64,000 nt of DNA from Candidatus Omnitrophota bacterium (GCA_041662125.1 JBAZTA010000006.1:5699-69698); one strand, 5' to 3'. Shown: positions 27,806 to 38,229, numbered from the stretch's first letter. The notes: generated from the letters alone by a model not told the origin. A program made the numbers and translations.

Positions 27806-28878
27806 CTTTTCCTCTTAAAATAAAGGATCATGCCGAATGCTACTGAAGCCATTATCCCGAGTACGAAAAAGTATCCAAACTTCCAATTTAATTCGGGCAT
27901 ATTAAAGCGCGACCCCTGCCAGTTAAAATTCATCCCATAGATTCCCGCGATAAATGTCAAAGGCATAAAGATCGTAGCAATGATGGTCAAGACCTTCATG
28001 ACTTCATTGAGGCGGTGGCTTAAACTAGAAAGATAAATATCAAGCATTCCCGTAACGGTATCCCGGAACGCTTCAATAGTATCAACTACCTGGATGACAT
28101 GGTCATAAATATCCCGATAGTACACCAAGGCATTTGCACTCAGCAAACTCGACCCGGACTGAGTAAGCCCATGGACTACTTCACGCAGGGGCCAAACCGA
28201 TTTCCTCAGAAAAATCAATGTTCTCTTAAGTTTATTTATTGTCTGTAAAACTTCCGGGTCAGGCTTGTCAACAACAGCCTCTTCCAACACCTCAACTTTT
28301 TCTCCCACTTTCTCAAGGATAAAGAAATAACTGTCAACTATCGCGTCCAGGAGCGAATACGCCAGGTAATCCACTCCCATCTTCCGGATGCGTCCTTTAT
28401 TAGTTCGGATCCTTTGACGGATACCATCAAAAACATCTCCCTGCTTTTCTTCCTGGAAAGAGATCAGAAAATTTTTTCCTAAGATCATGCTTACCTGTTC
28501 ATCGACAAGTTCATCTTTCCCATCATCGAAAGTAAGCATTTTTGCCGCGATATAAACATATTCGCCGAAATCCTCGACCTTGGCACGCTGATTGATATTT
28601 AAGATATCTTCCAGCACCAGATGGTGGATCTGGAAACCTGATGTCAATTTCTCCAAGAGGTCAATACGATGGACCCCATCCACATTGATCCAGGTCACTG
28701 TCGATTTTTCTTTGAACGGGATACAATCTTCAGCCCCATACGTTTCTTTCTCTATAAAATTATTTTCATTATAATCAAAAATCGTTATCTTGACATGTTC
28801 AGATCTTGCTTTACCTTCATAAAGCAATGTCTCCGGCGGCTGGCCAATAAGTTTTGATTTCCTGAAAAGATTTGTCAT
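27796..28878 (-). CDS. corA: CorA magnesium/cobalt transporter
   Basis: 360 aa with C-terminal 'YGMNF' GMN motif and two TM helices. Confidence 0.85.
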   Translation of the reverse strand: MTNLFRKSKLIGQPPETLLYEGKARSEHVKITIFDYNENNFIEKETYGAEDCIPFKEKSTVTWINVDGVHRIDLLEKLTSGFQIHHLVLEDILNINQRAKVEDFGEYVYIAAKMLTFDDGKDELVDEQVSMILGKNFLISFQEEKQGDVFDGIRQRIRTNKGRIRKMGVDYLAYSLLDAIVDSYFFILEKVGEKVEVLEEAVVDKPDPEVLQTINKLKRTLIFLRKSVWPLREVVHGLTQSGSSLLSANALVYYRDIYDHVIQVVDTIEAFRDTVTGMLDIYLSSLSHRLNEVMKVLTIIATIFMPLTFIAGIYGMNFNWQGSRFNMPELNWKFGYFFVLGIMASVAFGMILYFKRKRWF

Positions 28879-28919
28879 GCGTAACTCCTTTTAATAATAG
28901 CATTGAGCAAGACGCGTGT

Positions 28920-29276
28920 TTACTTAACTTCGTAGCCTCGTTTACGCAATTCCTGCCCTATTGGCTCCCGATGATCCCCCTGCAATTCAATAGCATAACC
29001 CTTAACCGAACCACCCGTGCCCAAGCGCTGTTTTAATTTCTTAACTAATTCCAAAAGGCCTTCTTCACTCAAGGGCAACCCGCTGATAATGGTCATCCCT
29101 TTTCCTTTACGGCCTTTGGTCTCATAACGCAGGCGCACGGCCCCGTCAGTTTTAGGCACCGTTGTTCTTTTAATTTTACGGCAGGCGCAGGTATCGATCG
29201 ATTGGGCACAATCAGGACAGACCGGACCATGAGCGCTTGAATAAATTAAACGAATATTTGATCCAGTGTTTTGCAT
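28920..29276 (-). CDS. yciH: translation initiation factor SUI1/YciH
   Basis: 118 aa with 'DGAVRLRYETKGRKGKGMTIISGL...GTGGSVKGYAIELQGDHRE' matching the YciH/eIF1 family. Confidence 0.8.
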   Translation of the reverse strand: MQNTGSNIRLIYSSAHGPVCPDCAQSIDTCACRKIKRTTVPKTDGAVRLRYETKGRKGKGMTIISGLPLSEEGLLELVKKLKQRLGTGGSVKGYAIELQGDHREPIGQELRKRGYEVK

Positions 29277-29307
29277 AAGATACTAACCAATAAAAACAGC
29301 GTCCCCT

Positions 29308-30528
29308 TTAAGGGGTTAAAACACCTGCTTGGCAGACACCGGCAAACAACCGTGCACTTTCCCTAATGGTCCTCTGAAACGTCTTATAATCAATATCGAT
29401 CAAGCCAAACCTCGGGGTAAAACCTTTATCCCACTCAAAATTATCCATGAGCGACCAATAAAGGTATCCTTGCACATCAACACCTTCTTCCATAGCGCGA
29501 TGAATATTCTCCAAATGCAAGCGAATAAACTCCCAGCGCTCTGTATCATCTTGCGTGCAGATCCCGTTCTCAGTCACAATAACGGCAAGCTTATATTTCT
29601 TAAGTTTCACCAACACATCATATATGCCTTCAGGATAAATATCCCAGCCCAAAGAATTTTTTTTAACCGGATGATGGTTGTCTGGACAGACATCCATTAA
29701 GAGGGGCCTTATCCCCACTTTCTTTACCTCTACCAATTGCCGGGAATAATAATTCAAACCGATAAAATCCAGGGTTTTCAAGCGCATAAAAACATCAATG
29801 AACCCGCAATTAAACCAGTTATGCCTCAAAGACGCGGCAAAACGGTTTAAAACATTTTCACTGCACGGGATATACGCCTGCATATGTTGAGAAATGCTTA
29901 CTGCAGGGCTCTTCTCTCCTAATTTCTGGTATGTTGCGTGAATAAAACGATATGCTTTCAGATGCGCTAAGATAAAATTACCCTCAACTGCTTTTACTTT
30001 CAGGATCGACTTTTTCTGGGGAGGCCAAAAACCAAAAAAGTACGCGTGTGAGATATATATGGTCGGCTCATTGATCGTGATCCAATAATGGACATCTTTT
30101 GCCAAAGCAGACACTACAAAACCGCAGTAACGAAGGAAATAATCCACAGCCTTCTTTTTTTCCCACCCGCCCATACGGGTGAACCACTCGGGATTAGTAA
30201 AATGATGCAGGGTCACGAAAGGTTCAATATTACGTGTTCGTAGCGCTCGGATAACCTGAGAATAGTGTTGGAGCGCTTCTTGGGAGAATTTTCCTTCCTC
30301 AGGCTCAATACGGCTCCACTCGATAGAAAGGCGGTGGGCATTATGATGCAGGCTTTTGGCAAGGTCAAAATCCTGTTCGTACAACTGGTAATGCCGGCAG
30401 GCAGCTCCGGAATTTTCTTTTCCAACAGACTTCTCCCACTGCCACCAGTCAGCGTAAACATTTTCACCTTCCACCTGATAGGAAGAAGTCGCAGCCCCCC
30501 AAATAAAATGACGCGGAAATACCTTCAT
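29308..30528 (-). CDS. glycoside hydrolase family 1 (beta-glucosidase-like)
   Basis: 406 aa. N-terminus 'FIWGAATSSYQVEG', acid/base 'TINEP', nucleophile 'VTENG'. Confidence 0.85.
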   Translation of the reverse strand: MKVFPRHFIWGAATSSYQVEGENVYADWWQWEKSVGKENSGAACRHYQLYEQDFDLAKSLHHNAHRLSIEWSRIEPEEGKFSQEALQHYSQVIRALRTRNIEPFVTLHHFTNPEWFTRMGGWEKKKAVDYFLRYCGFVVSALAKDVHYWITINEPTIYISHAYFFGFWPPQKKSILKVKAVEGNFILAHLKAYRFIHATYQKLGEKSPAVSISQHMQAYIPCSENVLNRFAASLRHNWFNCGFIDVFMRLKTLDFIGLNYYSRQLVEVKKVGIRPLLMDVCPDNHHPVKKNSLGWDIYPEGIYDVLVKLKKYKLAVIVTENGICTQDDTERWEFIRLHLENIHRAMEEGVDVQGYLYWSLMDNFEWDKGFTPRFGLIDIDYKTFQRTIRESARLFAGVCQAGVLTP

Positions 30529-30584
30529 GGTAAAATTATATCATTACAATCGACAAATCTTAATAAATATTTTTATTATTACCT

Positions 30585-30613
30585 CTCTTGACGGCAGGGT
30601 AAAAACAGTGTAA
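30585..30613 (+). promoter_or_regulatory. candidate promoter giving a near-leaderless flippase transcript
   Basis: TTGACG-17nt-TAAATT ends 9 nt before the ATG at 30623, and no SD is present. Confidence 0.25.
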
Positions 30614-30622
30614 ATTAAACCC

Positions 30623-31918
30623 ATGCATTCTTTAATAAAACTGATCAAAAAAACATACTTAATGGCCCGGCCCCAGGAAAGCAGAGTGGTCATAGATAAT
30701 GCCGCCGCCCTTTCAACGCTGCAATTCATAACCTATATCCTGCCTATAATCATCTTGCCATACCTTTTCAGGGTGATCGGAGCGGATAAATTCGGTTTAC
30801 TGGCATTCGCGCAGGCCTTTGTCCAATACTTCATGATACTGATGGATTATGGTTTTAACGTTTCCGCGACAAAAGAAATCTCGCTCTGCCGCGACAACCT
30901 CTCGAAGATGTCAAAGATATTCTCCGCGGTCATGATGGCAAAAGCCGCGTTAATGTGCGTCAGCCTGATCCTCTTCTGCGGCATCGTCTTCTCTATCCCG
31001 AAATTCAGGAACGATTGGCCAGTCTATCTCTTGACTTTTACCGGAATGATAGGAAACGCGCTCTTTCCTACCTGGTTTTTCCAAGGCACGGAAAAAATGA
31101 AGTATATCACCAATTTGAATATTGTCGGAGGGATCCTATTTGCGGGATTGATCTTCGTCTTTGTACACGGGCCGCAGGATTATCTTTTGGTGCCGTTTAT
31201 AGGCTGTTGTATCTTTTTGCTCAGCGGGATCTTAGGGCAAATAATTGCCTTAAGAGAATTCCAGATATCATTCTCATTCCAGGGCTATAAGAATATCGGA
31301 AAACACCTAAAGAACAGCTGGGATATTTTTATTTCCATCGCGGCAATAAACGCCTATACCGCCTCACGAGTCTTTGCTATTGGACTCTTAACCAACAATA
31401 ACATCACCGGATACTATTCTATTGCGGAAAGGGTCGCCGGCGCCTGCCAAACATTTCCTTTAATGTCTTTTTCCCAGGCGATCTTCCCCCGGTTAAGCCA
31501 TATATTCCATAGAAACAAGGCCAAGGCATTTCAAATAATGTGCCATATTCAACAGATCACGACAACGATGTCTTTAATTTCTCTGCCTTTGATTTTTATA
31601 TTTACGCCTTCAATTGTAGGATTTATTTGCGGGAATCAATACCCGGAAGCGGTACTATCATTACGGCTGCTGCTTATCTCAGTATTTTTTGTGCACGCTA
31701 ATGCTTTCCGGGTACAATTCTTACTGGTCAGCGGAAAAACACAGCTTTATTCCAAGATACACGTCGCCATGGCAATACTGGGACTTCCTTTAATCATTTT
31801 ATTAATATCATCTTTCTCTTATACAGGAGCAGCTGTGGCGACAATTGCCATCGAATTGGGGATCTTTACCATCACTTATTTTGTCATAAAAAACTTACAT
31901 TTTCCCAAATCACATTAA
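30623..31918 (+). CDS. polysaccharide biosynthesis protein / Wzx-like oligosaccharide flippase (MOP superfamily)
   Basis: 431 aa, about 12 TM, N-terminal pattern typical of Wzx/PST family flippases. Confidence 0.75.
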   Translation: MHSLIKLIKKTYLMARPQESRVVIDNAAALSTLQFITYILPIIILPYLFRVIGADKFGLLAFAQAFVQYFMILMDYGFNVSATKEISLCRDNLSKMSKIFSAVMMAKAALMCVSLILFCGIVFSIPKFRNDWPVYLLTFTGMIGNALFPTWFFQGTEKMKYITNLNIVGGILFAGLIFVFVHGPQDYLLVPFIGCCIFLLSGILGQIIALREFQISFSFQGYKNIGKHLKNSWDIFISIAAINAYTASRVFAIGLLTNNNITGYYSIAERVAGACQTFPLMSFSQAIFPRLSHIFHRNKAKAFQIMCHIQQITTTMSLISLPLIFIFTPSIVGFICGNQYPEAVLSLRLLLISVFFVHANAFRVQFLLVSGKTQLYSKIHVAMAILGLPLIILLISSFSYTGAAVATIAIELGIFTITYFVIKNLHFPKSH

Positions 31919-31950
31919 AAATTTAAGGTGAGATATAGGCAGCGAATATA

Positions 31951-32736
31951 TTATCTTTGCGCTATGATATCCTGAACCGTGACCTCGGGATGGACATACC
32001 GTTTCTTGCCCAAGGTAGACTTTTTGTATTGAATGGCTTCAACCGGGCACCACTGAAGGCAAGCCATACAATGCTGGCAATGATCAAGCCAGGCAGGTAA
32101 ACTATCGCGCATTTCAATATTTGCTACCAAACAGACCTGTGCGCAGAGCCCGCAGTGAGTGCAAGCATCAGTGGCCCAAAAACCTTTCGCTGAAAGCGGG
32201 ATCTGCCGAGCGCCCCCCCGGTAGAATAACGCATAAAGCAGAAAATTCGCTACAAGAGGCTTTTCCTCAATGATACCGGTTTTTTTCTCCCTGACGATTT
32301 GAGCGATTTCTTTTACCTTCAACTTCTCTTTTGCAAACTCTTGGTTCTGACGTTCTTGAGGAATTGCTCCATAAAGGGGAATATAATTCCCAGGCATACG
32401 CACAGAAAACCCCGCAGAAAGCGGTATTTTACGTTTTCGCAGGATTTCTTTTGCCAAGCTATGCGCTCTTCCCGGCAAACCGCCTAATGTCGCGACACTA
32501 AACACATACGCGCCAGGCAGTATCTTCACCTTCCTTAAGAAATCTGCGACAAGAAGCGGCAAACCAAACATATATACAGGATAAACGATACCAACTGCCG
32601 CAGCCGTATTTGCTTCATCCGCCCTGAGTGCTTTAGGTATCGCAACAAGCTCTGCATCGCCGATTTCCCGCGCCAAGTCTCTGGCTACCACCAATGAATT
32701 GCCCGTAGCTGAAAAATAATAAATAATCGTTTTCAT
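31951..32736 (-). CDS. EFR1-family flavodoxin-like protein fused to a 2x[4Fe-4S] ferredoxin domain
   Basis: N-terminus 'IIYYFSATGNS' is flavodoxin-like. C-terminus 'CTHCGLCAQVC...CQHCMACLQWCP' is a two-cluster ferredoxin motif. Confidence 0.6.
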   Translation of the reverse strand: MKTIIYYFSATGNSLVVARDLAREIGDAELVAIPKALRADEANTAAAVGIVYPVYMFGLPLLVADFLRKVKILPGAYVFSVATLGGLPGRAHSLAKEILRKRKIPLSAGFSVRMPGNYIPLYGAIPQERQNQEFAKEKLKVKEIAQIVREKKTGIIEEKPLVANFLLYALFYRGGARQIPLSAKGFWATDACTHCGLCAQVCLVANIEMRDSLPAWLDHCQHCMACLQWCPVEAIQYKKSTLGKKRYVHPEVTVQDIIAQR

Positions 32737-32947
32737 GATCTTTAAACTTTTTAGTTTTAAGGGTTATTTTTTCAATACGCCTATTTTAACCTTGGAAGCC
32801 ATCAAACGCAATATAATCTTTTGCATCAATATCAACCCTCTATGAATGCCCTCAAGAAAACAATTATAACATTTCAGAGACTATTATGATATTATAATAC
32901 GTATATTGATTTTTTTCATTTAAAACACTTTTCTTTGGAGAGATACG

Positions 32948-34024
32948 ATGCCCGTTAACGTTTTTACCGAATGGGGGCCATTAAAAGAAATCATTATAGG
33001 CAACAGTATTAACTTTACTATGAAAGGTTTCGACGAGGTCTTCGCCTACCTTTACCGGGACCAAATAAATCAGCTCAAGGGCACGCGCAAGTATCCACTC
33101 ATGATCAACCGCCAATTTACTATAGAGCGGCAGGAAGACCTGGACAATTTCGCCAACACGCTTAAGAAAAAAGGAATACGGGTAAAACGGCCCAAGCAAC
33201 TGAGCATGGCATCAGTGATTAAAACTCCATATTTTAAAGCCATGGTAAACGCCCTCGACGCTCCTCGAGACACTTTTCTCTGTATAGGTAATGAAATAAT
33301 TGAAACTCCTCCCACCAACAGGAACAGGTACTTTGAAGGATTAATGTTAAGAGAAGTTTTTATGGATTATTTCAGGAGTGGCGCGCGATGGACCTTGGCC
33401 CCCCGGACAAGGCTGATGATGGAAAGCATGGATATTATACACTGGAGTAAAGTAAAAAAACTTCATTCGTTAAAAAGTATCGAGCCACACTTCGATATCG
33501 CCTTTGATGCAGCTAATTGCCTCAAGTTCGGAAAGGATATCGTGATGAATGTCGGGAACAAAAACCACGAACTCGGAGCCATCTGGCTGCAACGGCATTT
33601 AGGAAATACCTTTAAAGTCCATCCGGTGAGGATCTGCGACTGGCATATCGATGGAAGCCTCATGCCTTTAAAAGCAGGAGTCTTGCTTATAAACCCGAAC
33701 ATGAAAAAAAGGTTACACCTTTTGCCTAAACCTTTACGGAAATGGTCGATCATTGAAGGCAGCAATGAAAGCGATGGAAAGTTTAACTACCCCGCTAACC
33801 ACCAACAGATAGCATCCTTTAGCGGGATGAGCATCAACGTCTTATCGATTGATGAAAATACCGTCTGCGTACGAACAGAAGATCAGCTCCTGCAAAAAAA
33901 GCTGGAAAAAGAAAAATTTACCGTAATACCGATACAAATGAGGCACTGCGAACTTTTTGGAGGAGGATTACACTGCATCACGCTCGATGTAGCCCGTGAC
34001 GAATCTTTAGAAAGCTATTGGTAA
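32948..34024 (+). CDS. amidinotransferase-superfamily enzyme (StrB1/AGAT-like)
   Basis: 358 aa with 'HIDGSLMPLKAGVLLINP' and the C-terminal catalytic-Cys motif 'GGGLHCITLDV' characteristic of glycine/inosamine amidinotransferases. Confidence 0.7.
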   Translation: MPVNVFTEWGPLKEIIIGNSINFTMKGFDEVFAYLYRDQINQLKGTRKYPLMINRQFTIERQEDLDNFANTLKKKGIRVKRPKQLSMASVIKTPYFKAMVNALDAPRDTFLCIGNEIIETPPTNRNRYFEGLMLREVFMDYFRSGARWTLAPRTRLMMESMDIIHWSKVKKLHSLKSIEPHFDIAFDAANCLKFGKDIVMNVGNKNHELGAIWLQRHLGNTFKVHPVRICDWHIDGSLMPLKAGVLLINPNMKKRLHLLPKPLRKWSIIEGSNESDGKFNYPANHQQIASFSGMSINVLSIDENTVCVRTEDQLLQKKLEKEKFTVIPIQMRHCELFGGGLHCITLDVARDESLESYW

Positions 34025-34027
34025 ATA

Positions 34028-34864
34028 TCACGTAAAATCGATCATTCGTAATATACGCCCCGCAGGAGGAATATACCTAGACATGAACACGCCGTTCCTG
34101 AACACCGACAACTCATTATGACGCAACAGGAATTCATCGCCACACGATAAAACTTGCAGCATCCCTTGTAACAAACCGTCAGGGGAAACATCTTTTAAAA
34201 CTCCACAAGGATAAAAATATATGATTCTTTTATACTGGACCTTCCCCCGCTCTGCCTTTCCTTCAAACCCAATAGCATATTTATCCAATAAAAGCACCGG
34301 AGTCTTTAAGAACATCCGTATCTCTTCATAAAGCACCCGGTTATCATGATCGATAAAGCGCGACAACTTTTCTGCATAAGCAAAGGTGTTCCTGCATCTC
34401 AAAGAACAAGGCCTGTGCTTAAAAAGATGAAAAGGAGAAGCACGGGTAAAAGGATTTAACAAAAATGAAAATGTATTCGTTTCTTTATTCACAGAACGAA
34501 AATTACGAAACCAATCGTCACTATGCGCCGGAGCTACTTTGTGAAATTCAGCGAAACAACAGTCGGGTATAGACAATAATTTCTTTTGCTGCTCACCGAT
34601 CCTGTTTATGTGATACTTCGGCAGCCGCTCGCAGGAGATCACGATTTTATACTCATGCCTGTTGATATAATAATAATGGTAAAATCCGACCTCTTCAGCA
34701 AATTTCTTTATCGCCGGGTATTCCGATAAGAAGAGTTGTTCATCAGCAAGGCTCAATTGAGTTACGATCTTTAAATGATATTTCAAAGCTATCAGCTCGG
34801 GAAGATAATCACAGAGTACCCTGTATTTCCTATAATAATAAGCTTTGGCTTTATCAAGTAGCAT
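34028..34864 (-). CDS. hypothetical protein
   Basis: 278 aa, Cys/His/Tyr-rich, no recognisable motif. Lies between the amidinotransferase and the GHL10 gene. Confidence 0.4.
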   Translation of the reverse strand: MLLDKAKAYYYRKYRVLCDYLPELIALKYHLKIVTQLSLADEQLFLSEYPAIKKFAEEVGFYHYYYINRHEYKIVISCERLPKYHINRIGEQQKKLLSIPDCCFAEFHKVAPAHSDDWFRNFRSVNKETNTFSFLLNPFTRASPFHLFKHRPCSLRCRNTFAYAEKLSRFIDHDNRVLYEEIRMFLKTPVLLLDKYAIGFEGKAERGKVQYKRIIYFYPCGVLKDVSPDGLLQGMLQVLSCGDEFLLRHNELSVFRNGVFMSRYIPPAGRILRMIDFT

Positions 34865-34909
34865 ATTTTACTGTTACAATGGCAAAAAGCTTCTGCACCC
34901 CAAGCATGA

Positions 34910-36025
34910 TTACAGTTCGTTTTGCTTCTTACGGATGAGTAAAACATTCTTAAGCTCAGGGCCTTCCAATAAACTGCCATAGTGAAAAATAACGCAGTCA
35001 CCGCGGGCTTCTTCACAGTGCCGGAACTCCCGCGCAAATATTTTAGGTGAACGCAATAATTTATAGGCCCCAACGCCTATTTTGACTTTGGAAAAATCAG
35101 GGACTATCTTTTTTACAGTCGCGATCCAACTTTCAAATTCTTTCGGATCAGGAGAATAACTCATGATCGTCACAAAATCAACCAGGCCTTCTGCAAGCCA
35201 TGAGGGCCAATCTTGATAGGCCTCATAATACGCCCGTGAATACGGCATGCATCCGGTTGCAGAGACTTGAATGCCCGGCCTTAAGGTTCTGGCTTCTTTA
35301 ACCAGGTTTGCCAGCAATTCTGTCACCTGAGTGCGTTTCCAGTCTTTCCAGGTTTGGCTATTCTCTTCGACAGACCTAAACCCGGTTGCTTTCTTAAAAC
35401 GTTCAATATTGCTTTTTGCGTACCCATAATGAGGATTGGTATCCGGATAACGGACATAGTCAAACTGGATGCCGTCCAAATCAGGATAATTCATAAGGAG
35501 TTCAGAAACTATTTCTACAAGCTCTTTTCTTACCCGCGGGTCTCCCGGCTCAAGAAAATACTGGGAATCGACCATAAAATCCTGGAGTTCCTTCTTTTGA
35601 GTTGTATTTTGGGTCAAAATCTCAGTCCCGTATTTCTTAAGGAATACGGCATCCTGGTTATTTGCCAGGCTTAACATATTGACCCATGCATGCACCTGGA
35701 TACCAGCGCTATGAGCTTCTTTGATCAATAACGCAAAAGGGTCTTCAGACACATCTTTGAGGCACTTTTGATATGGAGCATCATCGGCGATCTGTGACGG
35801 GAACCAAGCCTGATTCTTACGATAAACCTGCACAAAGAGCAGCTTAATATGTGCTTCTTTCGCGAAATCAAGCAACTGTTTGATCCCCTTACGGCTGGAA
35901 AGTACCGGAGGGTCCTGCACAACAGATACAAAAAGAGCGCACGGCATCACCTCCCTGCTTTCTACCGGGACAATAGAAAAAAACAAGAAAACAAAAACCA
36001 AGAACAAGCTGCGAACCGTGGGCAT
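34910..36025 (-). CDS. secreted glycoside-hydrolase-like family 10 (DUF187/YngK-type) protein
   Basis: Signal peptide and the 'GIQFDYVRYPD' motif of the GHL10/DUF187 TIM-barrel family. Confidence 0.6.
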   Translation of the reverse strand: MPTVRSLFLVFVFLFFSIVPVESREVMPCALFVSVVQDPPVLSSRKGIKQLLDFAKEAHIKLLFVQVYRKNQAWFPSQIADDAPYQKCLKDVSEDPFALLIKEAHSAGIQVHAWVNMLSLANNQDAVFLKKYGTEILTQNTTQKKELQDFMVDSQYFLEPGDPRVRKELVEIVSELLMNYPDLDGIQFDYVRYPDTNPHYGYAKSNIERFKKATGFRSVEENSQTWKDWKRTQVTELLANLVKEARTLRPGIQVSATGCMPYSRAYYEAYQDWPSWLAEGLVDFVTIMSYSPDPKEFESWIATVKKIVPDFSKVKIGVGAYKLLRSPKIFAREFRHCEEARGDCVIFHYGSLLEGPELKNVLLIRKKQNEL

Positions 36026-36825
36026 TATTGATAAAATCCTTTTGTACGGGCGATCTGTTCCAAATTATCTCCCCCTTCTACAGGATATCGCACTAAAGTA
36101 TAGCTCTGGTCTTTGCGGAAAATATAGCCGTTGTTTAAACCGTTTATGGTAACCGCAGCGTCAAAGCCGGCTTGTTTGACTATCGAGATCACCGTATCGT
36201 TGTAACTGCCGAAGGGATAAGAAAAAACGACAGCCGACATATTGATCTTTTTTTCAAGGATCTTTTTAGAATCAATGATTTCACGCGGCAAGAGTTTCTC
36301 TGGTACAGTCGAAAGTTTAGGATGGGTATGTGAATGAGGCTCAATATCCATTCCGGCCGCAACCATATTCTCAAGGTTCCCCCAATCCATGTATGCCGAA
36401 TGTCCAACGGAATCAGTAATAATAAAAAAAGTGGCAGTAAATTTATATTTCACTAACGCCGGAAACGCTCCAGAATATTGGTCTTTCCACCCATCATCAA
36501 AAGAAAGCACTATCGGGGCTTGAGGCAGAGGTTTCCCCCGGGTACGGGCAGCGATCAAGTCTGCCAGCGTAATTGGGGTAAACCCATGCGCCAAGATCCA
36601 AGCTAATTGTGACTCAAATTTTTTTGGCGAAAGAGTCCAACGCTTTTGTGAGCGGCTGGCCGTATCAGGTAACTCTGCGATATGATGATACAAAAGGATC
36701 GGAACAGCCTTTTTTTTAAGCGACGCTCTGCTTGGCTCTAAAGAAACATGCGCGCATCCTCCTAAAAAAAAAGCACCACATCCTATCACCACGAACAATC
36801 GAATCCTTCTCAACAGAAATAACAT
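36025..36825 (-). CDS. polysaccharide deacetylase (CE4/NodB) lipoprotein
   Basis: Lipobox 'FLGGC' and NodB motifs 'SFDDGWKDQY' and 'EPHSHTHPKL'. Confidence 0.8.
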   Translation of the reverse strand: MLFLLRRIRLFVVIGCGAFFLGGCAHVSLEPSRASLKKKAVPILLYHHIAELPDTASRSQKRWTLSPKKFESQLAWILAHGFTPITLADLIAARTRGKPLPQAPIVLSFDDGWKDQYSGAFPALVKYKFTATFFIITDSVGHSAYMDWGNLENMVAAGMDIEPHSHTHPKLSTVPEKLLPREIIDSKKILEKKINMSAVVFSYPFGSYNDTVISIVKQAGFDAAVTINGLNNGYIFRKDQSYTLVRYPVEGGDNLEQIARTKGFYQ

Positions 36826-36950
36826 AAATTAATTATGTGCTATCTCCCCACGGGAGCACTTAACATGGATCATGTAATACACCAGAGACACAGAGAGAAT
36901 TGAAACGAAAAGATTTATTTAGGAGCTTTCTGCTTATGCTTTTTTTCACC

Positions 36951-37012
36951 TTGGCCGAGGTGGACATGGCAATACACTTCGTGATTATAAATACTTAATA
37001 TATGTTTGCAAG
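36951..37012. repeat. conserved ~55-nt element E1, duplicated at 39081..39142
   Basis: 'GTGGACATGGCAATAcacttcgTGATTaTAAATACTTAAtAT' versus 'GTGGACATGGCAATAttcctcaTGATTgTAAATACTTAAgAT'. The 15-nt and 11-nt cores are identical. Both copies are in the same orientation, 130-190 nt upstream of a minus-strand gene start. Confidence 0.55.
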
Positions 37013-37230
37013 AAGAAAATTTACATTTCCTCCCTTTGACTGAAGTCCTTGTTTTCTTCATTTTACGCCCCCTCATCTAATAGTTATACACAGCTACTCT
37101 ATATAATCGCTTCCTGAAAAGCGTGCGCAGAGGGACAAAAATCAAGCGCACAAAAGACGTATTTTATTATTATAGCACGATAAAAAGGATAGGAAACAAT
37201 TCTTTGGTTCGGACGGCCTCTTAAATTCTA

Positions 37231-37269
37231 CCCTAAAAGCAACGCACCCAGCCATTAATGGCTGGGTGC
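37231..37269 (-). terminator. terminator-like hairpin after the zinc-ribbon gene (REP-family stem)
   Basis: GCACCCAGCC-attaat-GGCTGGGTGC, a perfect 10-bp stem, followed on the minus strand by GTTGCTTTTAGGG. Confidence 0.45.
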
Positions 37270-37315
37270 GATATGCCAAGGCTTACTCAATAAACAGCCT
37301 CAATACTACTTTTTT

Positions 37316-37495
37316 TTAACGACCTTCGTTCTTGCGCTTTGAATAACAATCTTTGCAGTATACCGGACGGTCATCACGGGGTTTAAAGGGAACTTCGCAC
37401 TCTTTCTTGCATTCCGAACAAACCGCCTTGTGCATCTCCCGAGCCCCACCGCCAAATCCACCGCCGCCACCACCACCACCGTATTGATATGCCAT
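37316..37495 (-). CDS. 59-aa Gly-rich protein with C-terminal CxxC-x17-CxxC zinc ribbon (absent from the ORF track, below its length cutoff)
   Basis: I translated it myself: MAYQYGGGGGGGGFGGGAREMHKAVCSECKKECEVPFKPRDDRPVYCKDCYSKRKNEGR. AAAGGAGG lies 5 nt upstream of the ATG. Paralogous to 38264..38422. Confidence 0.7.
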   Translation of the reverse strand: MAYQYGGGGGGGGFGGGAREMHKAVCSECKKECEVPFKPRDDRPVYCKDCYSKRKNEGR

Positions 37496-37689
37496 GGTAC
37501 CTCCTTTTTAATTCAGGTTTTGTTTAATGCCGCCCTCATTGGGAGCTAACTCTGAGTCCGCTTGAGGCTGCACCTTCTTATCCAGTTTTCTTTGTTTTTT
37601 TTCTTCCGCCTTCTTTTTCTTTGCCAATTCTATCTGGTACCTCTTATAAGAATAGTTATCTCTTGCCAACATATCCTCCTTTTGTCCGG

Positions 37690-37812
37690 AAGGGACAACA
37701 CTCGCGCAATTCTGCCGCAGCAAGCGGCGTACCCCGCCACACCTATTAGGCGGGGTGCCAATTAGCGCGGATGCGATTAGCGCGGGGTGTATTCGCTGAA
37801 AATACGCCCCCA
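37690..37812. repeat. REP-like hairpin repeat cluster in the csp-2 3' region
   Basis: GCCGC-agcaa-GCGGC, CCCCGCC-acacctatta-GGCGGGG, and GGGGTGTATT-cgctgaaa-AATACGCCCC. Confidence 0.55.
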
Positions 37813-37864
37813 ATTAAAAAGGGCACGCATCTAAAAAGATACGGGCCCCTCATCGATTTCAAAA

Positions 37865-38065
37865 TTATAGCTTGACTACATTCGTAGCCTGTTCGCCTTT
37901 AGGGCCTTGTTCGATATCAAACTCGACCTGGGCGCCTTCAGCTAAAGATTTATAACCCTCACCCTTGATTGCGGAATGATGCACAAAAACATCTTTACCG
38001 TTTTCAGGCGTGATAAATCCATAACCCTTTTGTTCACTGAACCATTTTACTATTCCTTTTGCCAT
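37865..38065 (-). CDS. cspA: cold shock protein, CspA family (second copy)
   Basis: 66 aa, 80% identical to the 2501..2701 product. Confidence 0.95.
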   Translation of the reverse strand: MAKGIVKWFSEQKGYGFITPENGKDVFVHHSAIKGEGYKSLAEGAQVEFDIEQGPKGEQATNVVKL

Positions 38066-38229
38066 TGCTTGTTACCTCCCTTTCCTATTACTTTAAGTAA
38101 ACTGCATAGAAATCCTTATCATCTTTACCTGCTAGACTATAGACTCCTAACGGGGCAAACAATGACAAATAGAAATAGCCGTAAGTTCAGATATCCTGCA
38201 CTCACGGCTATGACCTCTAAACTTTTTAT

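Noticed and set aside
36951-37012. Sigma-54 (-24/-12) promoter interpretation of the E1/E2 element (GTGGACATGGCAATA)
   Set aside because: The TGGCAC-N5-TTGCW spacing is not satisfied in either orientation. GG and GC dinucleotides are not 10-11 nt apart with the flanking consensus.
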